A stretch of 64,000 nt of DNA. Source: Candidatus Poribacteria bacterium (GTDB lineage: Bacteria > Poribacteria > WGA-4E > WGA-3G). Below the pieces are notes generated by a model. The model had not been told where the DNA came from and made no database searches. It was given only the letters and a program-made list of their open reading frames with translations. The DNA is taken from positions 104,424 through 168,423 of the forward strand of contig JAJDWA010000023.1 in NCBI GenBank assembly GCA_022825825.1, read 5' to 3'. A program made the position numbers and the translations under genes. The first letter of the stretch is position 1, and each line of letters starts with the position of its first letter. Shown piece by piece: positions 40,145 to 48,908 of the stretch.

Positions 40145-40390
40145 ATGGCAACGATTGTAAAACACAATGCAACAGGCAAGAATTACTGTTTACTCGGTAC
40201 AGGATTTGGTGTCTACCAATCTGCGAAACCGAACATGTTTTTGGGAAATTGGTTGGCAGATGTAGATGAAGGTCAATACGCAATGGCATGCGTCTGTGAT
40301 AGCACAGGTAAAATTAGCTGGATACAAGTCGAAGACGTTACAGTTGTTAGTATTGATGGACAGGACATCGGTGGACTACCGCTCGCGTAA
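40145..40390 (+). CDS. Small hypothetical protein
   Basis: 81 aa, AGGA RBS, directly behind the promoter. Confidence 0.7.
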   Translation: MATIVKHNATGKNYCLLGTGFGVYQSAKPNMFLGNWLADVDEGQYAMACVCDSTGKISWIQVEDVTVVSIDGQDIGGLPLA

Positions 40391-40470
40391 CTGAAGCAAA
40401 TTCTAAATTCCTAAGAGGAGGGCAATCTCTCCAACCGTTTTTCTACTCACGAAAGGAAACTTTTCATCGA

Positions 40471-41049
40471 ATGGATTTACAGCAAATTAATATTAAGGTT
40501 TTTACAACTGAAAATAGCACGGTCAACTACACTAACTTCATCAAAGTTTTCAATCGCTGGATGGAGGAGGCTGATTCTGAAGATTACTTGAACTATGCCG
40601 ACTATTCACACGTTGATGCGGGACCGGGTGTGCTATTGATTTTGAAACAAGCTAACTATAGCATTGACAATGCCTATCATCAACATGGATTTCTCTACAA
40701 CAGAAAGCATGATGTAGAAGGTGATAACAGCGAAAAGATTCGTCAAGCACTCACTGAGACGCTTTCCAAATGCGAACTACTTGAAGCATCGGAAGAATTG
40801 GAAAATGCTATCCATTTCAACGGCGGAGACATTCTGTTTATGATAAACAACCGCCATATTGCACCGAATACAGCAGAGACAGCAGATGCGATTCAAGCAG
40901 ACCTTGAACCTGTACTGAAACAGATGTACGGCGGTGATAACTTCACAATAGAACGTACCTCTGAGGATGCTCGCGAACGTTTTGCCGTACGAATCTCCGC
41001 GAATTCAGATAAACCGATTTCAGAACTCCTCTCCAATCTCGGAGGATAA
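40471..41049 (+). CDS. Hypothetical protein upstream of moeB, ending in Gly-Gly
   Basis: 192 aa; ADYSHVDAGPGVLL motif; stop 1 nt before the moeB ATG. Confidence 0.8.
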   Translation: MDLQQINIKVFTTENSTVNYTNFIKVFNRWMEEADSEDYLNYADYSHVDAGPGVLLILKQANYSIDNAYHQHGFLYNRKHDVEGDNSEKIRQALTETLSKCELLEASEELENAIHFNGGDILFMINNRHIAPNTAETADAIQADLEPVLKQMYGGDNFTIERTSEDARERFAVRISANSDKPISELLSNLGG

Positions 41050-41050
41050 G

Positions 41051-41857
41051 ATGCTTAACTTTACGAATGAACAGATTGAGCGGTATAGCCGACATATTAT
41101 CCTCAAAGAGGTCGGCGGGATGGGGCAGACGAAGCTGCTTGAGTCGAAAGTACTGCTGATCGGTGCGGGAGGACTCGGTTCACCTATAGGCGTTTACCTT
41201 GCAGCGGCGGGGGTTGGCACGCTCGGCATTATTGATGACGACGTGGTTGACCTCAGCAATTTGCAACGCCAGATTCTACACGGCACAAGTGATATTGGTA
41301 TCCCAAAAACGAAATCTGCAGAAGCCACTATTGCAGAGATGAACCCAGATGTCAAGGTGATCCCTCACAACGAACGCATCAATTCGGAAAACGTTTTTGA
41401 GATACTGGAACAGTATGATCTGATTGTGGACGGGTGCGACAACTTTCCAACGCGCTATCTGCTCAACGACGCGTGTGTTATGCTTGGCAAACCGATTGTG
41501 CACGGCAGCATCTTTCAATTTGAGGGACAAACAACCGTGCTTTATCCAGGTAAGGGCCCGTGTTATAGATGCATCTTTCCTGAACCGCCACCGCAAGGCA
41601 TGGCACCGAGTTGCCAAGAGGCTGGTGTCTTTGGCGTTCTCCCCGGTATTATCGGTACGATTCAAGCTGTTGAAGCGATTAAAGTCCTTTTAGACATTGG
41701 TGAACCTTTGATTGGAACCCTTCTCCTTTTCAACGCGCTCACAATGGATTTCAAACGGCTAAAACTCCGTCAAGACGAAAACTGCCCAATGTGTGGTAAA
41801 AATCCTACTATTACAGAACTGATTGATTATGAGGAATTTTGTGAAGTGCGGTGGTAA
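41051..41857 (+). CDS. moeB: MoeB/ThiF-family E1-like adenylyltransferase
   Basis: RYSRHIIL, GAGGLG, SNLQRQ, DGCDNF, CYRC, CPMC; ATG at 41051 after GGAGGA. Confidence 0.93.
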   Translation: MLNFTNEQIERYSRHIILKEVGGMGQTKLLESKVLLIGAGGLGSPIGVYLAAAGVGTLGIIDDDVVDLSNLQRQILHGTSDIGIPKTKSAEATIAEMNPDVKVIPHNERINSENVFEILEQYDLIVDGCDNFPTRYLLNDACVMLGKPIVHGSIFQFEGQTTVLYPGKGPCYRCIFPEPPPQGMAPSCQEAGVFGVLPGIIGTIQAVEAIKVLLDIGEPLIGTLLLFNALTMDFKRLKLRQDENCPMCGKNPTITELIDYEEFCEVRW

Positions 41858-42189
41858 GTGCAGATACCAATTGGTTTTTCCGACATTGAAAAGGAGTAAA
41901 ACATGTTGATTGGAATTTCTATTCAAATTTTTGGGCTGGCATTGATGCTTTTTGGTATTCTACTCGTGCTGGGTCGCATTTCTAAAACGCTCAAGAGTAA
42001 TGGCGAAAGTTTGTCCAAAATTGCGAAACACCTTGAGCAAATTGATGGAAAAGACGATGATTGAAAACAAGTATCTTAACGATTGTAAAACACAGAGTCA
42101 AGATGAAAACTGCCCAATGTGTGGTAAAAATCCTACTATTACAGAACTGATTGATTATGAGGAATTTTGCGAAGTGCGGTGGTAGGTGC
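41769..42189 (+). repeat. 93-bp direct repeat of the moeB 3' end (41769-41861 and 42097-42189)
   Basis: Three mismatches: GAC/GAT, TGT/TGC, TAA/TAG. Confidence 0.95.
41903..42064 (+). CDS. Membrane micropeptide A (53 aa)
   Basis: AAGGAG RBS; MLIGISIQIFGLALMLFGILLVLGRISKTLKSNGESLSKIAKHLEQIDGKDDD. Confidence 0.7.
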   Translation: MLIGISIQIFGLALMLFGILLVLGRISKTLKSNGESLSKIAKHLEQIDGKDDD

Positions 42190-42226
42190 TATTTAAAAAT
42201 TGCTTTGATGAGACAAGGAGTTTGCA

Positions 42227-42391
42227 ATGGTAGAAAAAGGTATAGCAATAATATTATTTTGCATTGCTGGATTGACGCTATTCCACATTCTTAGTCTGAT
42301 CTGGATAGCACAAAAGATCAATAAGATCGAAAATAGTTTGTCCAAAATTGAAAAACACTTTGAGCAAATTAACGAGAAAGACAAAGATTGA
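42227..42391 (+). CDS. Membrane micropeptide B (54 aa)
   Basis: AAGGAG RBS; MVEKGIAIILFCIAGLTLFHILSLIWIAQKINKIENSLSKIEKHFEQINEKDKD. Confidence 0.7.
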   Translation: MVEKGIAIILFCIAGLTLFHILSLIWIAQKINKIENSLSKIEKHFEQINEKDKD

Positions 42392-42518
42392 TAAATAGAG
42401 GTAGCCAACGATTACAATACGATGTTGTCTCTACTTGTCCTCAGATTCTCCAATATCTCCAGTTGAAATGTATGAACTGCCTCCAATTAAAGGAACCTAG
42501 AACAATATCAATAAGCTT

Positions 42519-42659
42519 ATGGATATGGTTATTTTTGTCTCATCTATTATAATTTCGGCTACTCTCTTAATGATACGCGGAGAACTCAAGGATATTGCGG
42601 AAAGCCTATACAAGATTGCGAAACACTTTGAGCAAATTGATGAGAAAGATCAAGATTGA
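42519..42659 (+). CDS. Membrane micropeptide C (46 aa; start uncertain, possibly decaying)
   Basis: MDMVIFVSSIIISATLLMIRGELKDIAESLYKIAKHFEQIDEKDQD; same C-terminal tail as A and B. Confidence 0.55.
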   Translation: MDMVIFVSSIIISATLLMIRGELKDIAESLYKIAKHFEQIDEKDQD

Positions 42660-42751
42660 TGAGCAGTTGGAGACAACGACTGCAAAATAACATCGATTCC
42701 TCACTCCGTTCCAGAGTTTTCCAAAGCCTAAGCAAATAGGTAGCATTGAGG

Positions 42752-43513
42752 TTATGCCAAAGTTTTCTGTCGAATTGGCGAATCAATAAACAGAGAATCG
42801 CCTCCATCAATTGTCAATTCCAATCCCGTAACCCACGCCGCTTCGTCTGAACATAACCATAACGCAGCATAAGCTATATCAATTGGGTTACCTAATCTCT
42901 CTAACTGTGTCGCGACTGGAGCGATTTCTCCTTCTGGCAACGGATCCCAGATAATCCCCGGACATAACGCATGGACACGAATGTTCTTATCATATAATTC
43001 TTTTGCCAGGTTTTTTGCTGTTGCCACCATCCCCGCTTTTGCTGCAGCGTAAGCGGCGTTTGCATCTTGACGCACCCGTGCACCAGCGGAAATAGTGATG
43101 ATACAACCGCCACCGCGCGTCTCTAAAATCGGCACGAGCAGCCGTACGGGGTTAAAAAGCGTGCGCAAGTTGTTTTGCAATGCACCATCCCAATACGCAG
43201 GATCCATCGTTGTAATATCGTGTTCAGTTGAAAAGAACCCGCCCGCAGCGTGAATGAAGCAGTCAACACCGCCAAATTCAGCAACTGTAGCATCAATAAG
43301 AGACTCCACTTGTGCAGCATCTGTCAAATCAGTTTGATGTGTTAGCACATCACCACCGTTCGCGCGGATCCGTTCTGCTGTCTCTTCCATCTTTTCTGTT
43401 GTGCGTGCGGCAAGTGCTACCTTTGCCCCTTCTTGTGCAAAAAGTATTGCTGTTGCGCGACTCATATTTGAGCCAGCACCACCGATTAACAAAACTTTAT
43501 CTTTTAATCGCAT
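42752..43513 (-). CDS. SDR family oxidoreductase
   Basis: GGAGSNMS, YAAAK, IRVHALCPG, IDGG. Confidence 0.9.
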   Translation of the reverse strand: MRLKDKVLLIGGAGSNMSRATAILFAQEGAKVALAARTTEKMEETAERIRANGGDVLTHQTDLTDAAQVESLIDATVAEFGGVDCFIHAAGGFFSTEHDITTMDPAYWDGALQNNLRTLFNPVRLLVPILETRGGGCIITISAGARVRQDANAAYAAAKAGMVATAKNLAKELYDKNIRVHALCPGIIWDPLPEGEIAPVATQLERLGNPIDIAYAALWLCSDEAAWVTGLELTIDGGDSLFIDSPIRQKTLA

Positions 43514-43831
43514 TTTTAATTTCCTTTTCTGTTTACTTTATAAGTCTTGGCAGGAAAACTTGTAAATGGTAACGGAGGTCCTTTCGGTCTAAGATCAAAC
43601 TCACATTATAGAATACGTTATTTTTCATAAAACTCAAGCCAACAATCCTATCCCGAATGCAGAGATATTCAATTGTAGAGGACTTCTCTTGTTGGAGGAT
43701 TTTCCAACCCCGATAGACGAACAGACATGTTTGCTCTCGCTCAATTCATTACGCCTCTTTTAGTTTTTGTGGCAATATTTAACGTTTCTGAAATAGAAAA
43801 ACCGACAATTGAATGCCTCTGCTCCGAATGG

Positions 43832-45100
43832 CTAACGCACACCAACTGAATGACGACTAAACTGAGTTAGATAATCCCCAATCTTATCCTGAATCCCCCG
43901 CGCCGTTGCCGCCGACCCAACATAATGACTAATCAGGATGCCAAATGCAAAGACCTCACCATCTGCTGTTTTGGTATAACCTGCAAGCGCGGAAACACCA
44001 CTTAATGTCCCCGTTTTCGCACGCAATGTCTTTTCAGCGTACATCCCTTGCATCCGATTTCTCAATGTGCCGTCAACGCCAGCAATTGGAAGTGATGCCA
44101 TAAATTCCGGCATCAACTCAAAATTGTGGGACATATAAACAAGCAGCTTGGTCAACAATTCAGCGTTGAGCAAATTATAGCGAGAAAGCCCTGAACCATC
44201 AACGAACCGATGTGCAGGCGGGTCATCTATTATTTCACTCAAAAATTCAGTGACAGCCTCTCTCCCTTTTTTCCATGTTCCTGGTTCACCTTTCACTTCA
44301 GCACCGATTGTTTTGAAAAGGAACTCAGCAATCCAATTATCACTCGGTTTGTTCATGAGTTTGATAATGTCGGCGAGTGGTGGCGATAGATGTGTGGCGA
44401 CTTTGTTTGCTTCTGATGGCACTGTTCCTGAGACGACCTCACCCATCACGTCAATACCTTTTTGCATCAGTGTGGTTTTTAGAAGATGTCCACATGTAAT
44501 AGCACGGCTATCCGTTTTAACATCGGGTTCAACGCTTCGGATACTCAAAGCACTCATCCGAAACGGTTTATCATCCCACATCCATCCCGGACCTTCCCTA
44601 ACAGTGTCAAAATACGTTTCGTCAACTACAATATCTCCCTGAATAGACTTTAAACCAGTTTGCACGAATGCATCACACAATTTTTCTATATCGGTTGTCT
44701 GAAGCACTGGATCAGCTCTGCCTTTGAGATATACGTTTCCTACTACTTGCGTCCCTAATGTTGCATCAGTATAAAGCATAGTTCCAAATTGATAGTTCGA
44801 GCCAAGTTTCGCCAAGGCTGTTGCTGCTGTGAAGAGCTTTGTTGTGGAAGCGGGGTGGTGCAATTTGTGTGCGTTTTTGGTGTAAATCACCTCTCCTGTT
44901 TCAACTGCAATAACTTTTATGCCTATGCTTGCAGTAGTAAATAATGTATTTTGCAAGATCGCATCAATATCTGCATGTAGTTTTTCAAGCGGATTGATAG
45001 AAGGTGTTGGCGGTTGTGTTTCGACGGGTTTTGTCCCGAATATTCCACAACTTGAAAATAACAATACACAACAGATTAAGAAAATGCTATAGCTCTTCAT
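43832..45100 (-). CDS. dacB: D-alanyl-D-alanine carboxypeptidase/endopeptidase (PBP4, peptidase S13), lipoprotein
   Basis: PASTTK (SxxK), SDN, DGSGLSR, AKTGTL. Confidence 0.92.
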   Translation of the reverse strand: MKSYSIFLICCVLLFSSCGIFGTKPVETQPPTPSINPLEKLHADIDAILQNTLFTTASIGIKVIAVETGEVIYTKNAHKLHHPASTTKLFTAATALAKLGSNYQFGTMLYTDATLGTQVVGNVYLKGRADPVLQTTDIEKLCDAFVQTGLKSIQGDIVVDETYFDTVREGPGWMWDDKPFRMSALSIRSVEPDVKTDSRAITCGHLLKTTLMQKGIDVMGEVVSGTVPSEANKVATHLSPPLADIIKLMNKPSDNWIAEFLFKTIGAEVKGEPGTWKKGREAVTEFLSEIIDDPPAHRFVDGSGLSRYNLLNAELLTKLLVYMSHNFELMPEFMASLPIAGVDGTLRNRMQGMYAEKTLRAKTGTLSGVSALAGYTKTADGEVFAFGILISHYVGSAATARGIQDKIGDYLTQFSRHSVGVR

Positions 45101-45194
45101 GATTTATTAATGGTAGCATAAATTTTTAGATTATGAAAGCAAAATATGTTGTAAATTTACAAGGCCATCAGCATCGAATACGATTACAATAATC

Positions 45195-45223
45195 TTGACT
45201 TTTCCCCTGATATGTGATAGAAT
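45195..45223 (+). promoter_or_regulatory. Sigma70-like promoter for cimA
   Basis: TTGACT-17 bp-TAGAAT. Confidence 0.65.
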
Positions 45224-45340
45224 TTCAGTATGAGTAAATAGGTATTGCCAAATAAAGGAGACACCAAATTTTGGCATTGTAGAGTGGGTTTTGTGAGTTC
45301 ATATTCAAAGTGCAAGCCAAAAATTACTGTTTGATATAAC

Positions 45341-46912
45341 ATGGTTGAATTTTATGATACAACACTCAGGGACGGTAGTCAAGCCGAAGGCGTAGCATTT
45401 TCGGTTGAAGATAAACTTATCATCATAAAAGTGCTGGATGAATTAGGTATTCGCTATATTGAAGGTGGGTACCCCGGTTCTAATCCGAAAGATATAGAGT
45501 TCTTCAAACGAGCAAAAGATATGCCATTAGAAACAGCAACGATTGTGCCGTTCGGTAGCACGCGCTATCCTACTTATGCCCCCGATGCTGACCCGAACCT
45601 GTCTGCCCTACTTGATACAGGTACCAGAACTGTTACGATTTTTGGTAAAAGTTGGCGTCTCCATGCAACTGATGTCTTACGTGTAACAGCAGATGAGAAC
45701 TTAGAATTAATTGAGAGTTCTGTTAAATATCTTGTGGAAAACGGACGTGAAGTGATTTATGATGCAGAACACTTTTTTGATGGTTACGCTGATGACTCGG
45801 CGTATGCAATTGAAACGCTCCGGGCAGCTTCAGTAGGTGGTGCAAAATGTATCGTCCTATGTGATACCAACGGAGGTCGGTTGCCATTAGAAATACAGGA
45901 GGGTGTGAAAGCAGCGGTGTCGGCACTCCTTTTGCCTATCGGTATTCATGCACACAATGATGCGGGCATGGGGGCAGCAAACTCGGTGTTAGCTGTTCAA
46001 GCTGGTGCGAACCATGTTCAAGGAACATTCAACGGCTACGGTGAGCGGTGTGGAAATGCAAATCTCGCCTCTATTATCCCCACAATTCAGTTAAAGTTAG
46101 GTATTCCGTGTATCAGCGATACCCAGCTGCAAACAGTTACCCGCGTGTCTCGGTTAATCAGCGAGTTAGCAAACCTGCCGCATGATGAGCGTCAACCGTA
46201 TGTTGGGCGTTCCGCATTCGCGCACAAAGGTGGCTTACACACCGATGCTATACGTAAAAACCGCCTTACTTATGAACATATCATTCCCGAAAAAGTTGGC
46301 AATACACAACGTATCCTTGTCTCCGACCAAGCAGGTCGAGGCACCATTATGAAAAAGATTGAGAAGGAATATCCCAACTACGACAAAAACTCACCACAAG
46401 TACTAGAACTCTTTAATCGCGTCAAAGAAGCCGAGAGTGAAGGTTATCAGTATGAAGCCGCTGAAGCATCTTTTGAGCTCTTGGTACGCAAAGTCTTTAA
46501 TGGGTATGAATCCTTTTTTCAACGTCTCGGTTTTCGTGTCATTATTGAGAAGTTCACTGACCATACCATGCGTTCAGAGGCAACAGTAAAGGTCACCACT
46601 CCAGATGGTGCTACAACCCACACAGCAGCGGATGGAGATGGCCCTGTCAATGCATTAGATACTGCACTCAGAAAGGCGCTTGAACAGTTTTATCCAGCCT
46701 TACAGACAGTCAGATTGATAGATTACAAAGTTCGGGTATTGGATACTAAAGCAGGAACTGGTTCAAAAGTGCGTGTGCTTATTGAAGCAAGTGATGGCGA
46801 AATGAGTTGGGGAACCGTCGGGGTTTCAGAAAACATCATATCTGCAAGTTACGAAGCACTCATTGATAGTTTTGAATATAAGTTGTATAAAGATGAAGAT
46901 TCAGGCAAATAA
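45341..46912 (+). CDS. cimA: Citramalate synthase
   Basis: DTTLRDGSQAEG, EGGYPGSNPKD, YDAEHFFDG, HAHND, GERCGNA, LeuA-type regulatory domain. Confidence 0.9.
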   Translation: MVEFYDTTLRDGSQAEGVAFSVEDKLIIIKVLDELGIRYIEGGYPGSNPKDIEFFKRAKDMPLETATIVPFGSTRYPTYAPDADPNLSALLDTGTRTVTIFGKSWRLHATDVLRVTADENLELIESSVKYLVENGREVIYDAEHFFDGYADDSAYAIETLRAASVGGAKCIVLCDTNGGRLPLEIQEGVKAAVSALLLPIGIHAHNDAGMGAANSVLAVQAGANHVQGTFNGYGERCGNANLASIIPTIQLKLGIPCISDTQLQTVTRVSRLISELANLPHDERQPYVGRSAFAHKGGLHTDAIRKNRLTYEHIIPEKVGNTQRILVSDQAGRGTIMKKIEKEYPNYDKNSPQVLELFNRVKEAESEGYQYEAAEASFELLVRKVFNGYESFFQRLGFRVIIEKFTDHTMRSEATVKVTTPDGATTHTAADGDGPVNALDTALRKALEQFYPALQTVRLIDYKVRVLDTKAGTGSKVRVLIEASDGEMSWGTVGVSENIISASYEALIDSFEYKLYKDEDSGK

Positions 46913-46946
46913 ATCCTACCGATTGTTTTATAACGCTAAACTTTCC

Positions 46947-46975
46947 TTGACACTGTTTTATATAAATGTTATACT
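46947..46975 (+). promoter_or_regulatory. Near-consensus sigma70 promoter
   Basis: TTGACA-17 bp-TATACT with extended TG. Confidence 0.7.
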
Positions 46976-47002
46976 AATTATAACATTTATTGGAGGTGTG
47001 AC

Positions 47003-47566
47003 ATGGGAAATTTAGATCAGATTGAGAAAGCGGCGCAGAAACTCATTGCGCTATGTGAGAAAGAGAAACCGACTAAGACCGACAAACAAAAGATGTTGGG
47101 ACTACATGCCGACATTCTTTCTGGCATTGAAAACCTTACGGAATGTGAACTTTGTGGGGCTATCAGTGAAGTTATTGTAACAATGACATTAGCTGAAGTT
47201 ACAGCGAAATTGTGCAAAGAGTGTGGTTTTAAAGCGTTAGACGCGGGGAAAATTCAGAAGGCGACACCTCGCAAACGCACTCGCACTGTGAAAACGCGGA
47301 ATACTGATTCTAAGAAGACAACATCAAAGCCCGACGAAACCCCGCAAGAGTCGGAGACGCCTGCGGCATTACATACTCGTGTAGAAGAACAGACTGGGAT
47401 TAAGAAAACCGATGTCAAACGTCTACACAAAATTGTGCAGGAAATTGCAACCCCGATGAATTTGGAAAATACCTTGACCTATGTGAAACGCGAAGTAGAA
47501 AATGCTAAGATGAAGGTGGATGGAGAGGCGTTGGAAAAAGCAGTGGAAATCTTGATAGCTGCTTAA
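47003..47566 (+). CDS. Hypothetical protein with C4 zinc-finger and basic linker
   Basis: GGAGG RBS; CELC...CKEC; K/R/T-rich linker. Confidence 0.75.
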   Translation: MGNLDQIEKAAQKLIALCEKEKPTKTDKQKMLGLHADILSGIENLTECELCGAISEVIVTMTLAEVTAKLCKECGFKALDAGKIQKATPRKRTRTVKTRNTDSKKTTSKPDETPQESETPAALHTRVEEQTGIKKTDVKRLHKIVQEIATPMNLENTLTYVKREVENAKMKVDGEALEKAVEILIAA

Positions 47567-48534
47567 CCAGTTGAAATATCCTTTACCCAGTCACGATGCT
47601 CTTGATACCATTTAACGAGTGCTGTAATTCCTTCACGAAAAGTTACTTGTGGTCGCCATCCTAAAAGCTGCTCTGCTTTTTGAATATTTGCCCACGTTGC
47701 ACGTACGTCGGCGGGGTGAAACGGTTGATGTGATAGTTCCGCCTTCTTGCCAACGAGTTCCTCTATCAGTCTTATCGTATCAATTAACACAATCGGACTA
47801 TCTGAACCGAGGTTTATGACCGAATATCCCAGCGGTTTCAGTCCTGCGATCACGCCGCGTGCAATATCTTCAACATAGGTGTAATCGCGTGAGGATTGTT
47901 TCCCGTCCCCATAGACAATAACCGGTCTTCCCTCACTAATCCATTGGACAAAACGGAACGCACTCATATCTGGACGTCCAGCGGGTCCATAGACAGTAAA
48001 AAAACGAAATATTGTTACATCAATATCGTAGAGATGGTGGTAACTATGGCAAAGTGCTTCTGCCCCTTTTTTTGAGGCAGCATACGGAGAGAGCGGTCCA
48101 TCTGTGTTCGCCTCTTCGCTAAACGGAAGCGGATTGTTGGCACCGTATAAACTTGAAGTAGAAGCCAACACAAATTTTTCTATATCAGATGTACGACAAA
48201 GTTCTAATAGGTTTAGCGTACCTGTCACATTCGTATCAATGTAAACCCAAGGATTTTCAACAGATTGTCGGACACCTGCACGTGCTGCGAGGTTAATCAC
48301 AGCATCATAATGATTGTCAAATATCGGTTTTAAAGAAGCACGGTCGCAGATATCTACACGGTGAAAATGAAATTCGGAAAACTTTTGGAGTTGCGAAAGT
48401 CGCCACTGCTTAACCGTCACATCATAGGCATCATTTAAATTGTCAATACCTATTACCGTATGTCCGTCAGCGATAAGAAATTCAGTGACTTTCCACCCTA
48501 TAAATCCAGCACATCCCGTGACAAGATATTTCAT
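47563..48534 (-). CDS. NAD-dependent epimerase (UDP-glucuronate 4-epimerase-like)
   Basis: TGCAGFIG, LAARAGVRQS, YAASK, RFFTVYGPAGRPDM. Confidence 0.9.
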   Translation of the reverse strand: MKYLVTGCAGFIGWKVTEFLIADGHTVIGIDNLNDAYDVTVKQWRLSQLQKFSEFHFHRVDICDRASLKPIFDNHYDAVINLAARAGVRQSVENPWVYIDTNVTGTLNLLELCRTSDIEKFVLASTSSLYGANNPLPFSEEANTDGPLSPYAASKKGAEALCHSYHHLYDIDVTIFRFFTVYGPAGRPDMSAFRFVQWISEGRPVIVYGDGKQSSRDYTYVEDIARGVIAGLKPLGYSVINLGSDSPIVLIDTIRLIEELVGKKAELSHQPFHPADVRATWANIQKAEQLLGWRPQVTFREGITALVKWYQEHRDWVKDISTG

Positions 48535-48568
48535 ACCAATCCTCTACTATTGTTTTCCCTAACTAAAT

Positions 48569-48734
48569 TATAGTCCAACCTAAAAATATGTGAACACTCT
48601 CCTAGTAGGTGCGGTTTCCTAACCAATTCAGAATACCATACGCGTATTCTGACATACCCATTTCCCAGACCCATCGGGTGCGATTAGGAAATCACACCTA
48701 CCGTAGTGTCCAAATAATTATTGGTTTCACTATA
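48569..48734. mobile_element. TATAGT-ended MITE-like element with internal REPs
   Basis: Ends TATAGTCCAACC / GGTTTCACTATA; REP remnants at 48605-48624 and 48677-48702; hairpin 48628-48652. Confidence 0.7.
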
Positions 48735-48908
48735 AACAGAATTCTTTTGTAGCAAACTAAAAACGTGTTGCTCTGGAGTGTCATCCCTGCCATTATTTGT
48801 AAGGTGTCATCTAATCTTACGGATTTTAACCTTATGCTGTGCATGGATATTGCACAAGTTTCACCACGATTTTTGTAAATCATCTGGCGTCAGTAGATTG
48901 CTATTCAT
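48735..48908 (-). pseudogene. Possible decayed gene (cognate restriction endonuclease?) coupled to the MTase
   Basis: ATG overlaps the MTase stop; MNSNLLTPDDLQKSW*NLCNIHAQHKVKI has a premature TGA; abuts the MITE. Confidence 0.35.

Noticed and set aside
41952-42185. 77-aa ORF ending with the MoeB C-terminus
   Set aside because: No RBS, overlaps micropeptide A out of frame; a by-product of the 93-bp duplication
42181-42189. GGTAGGTGC at the end of the second moeB copy matches the REP start
   Set aside because: Only 9 nt, fully explained by TGG-TAG plus the shared GTGC flank; no hairpin follows
41769-42700. CRISPR array, DGR, or microcin C-like precursor peptides for the ThiF enzyme
   Set aside because: Repeats are long, coding and irregularly spaced; no cas or RT genes; differences are not adenine-specific; the enzyme looks like canonical MoeB and the peptides are transmembrane
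48861-48863. In-frame TGA as selenocysteine
   Set aside because: Context is not a redox motif and the frame degenerates downstream; a pseudogene is more likely
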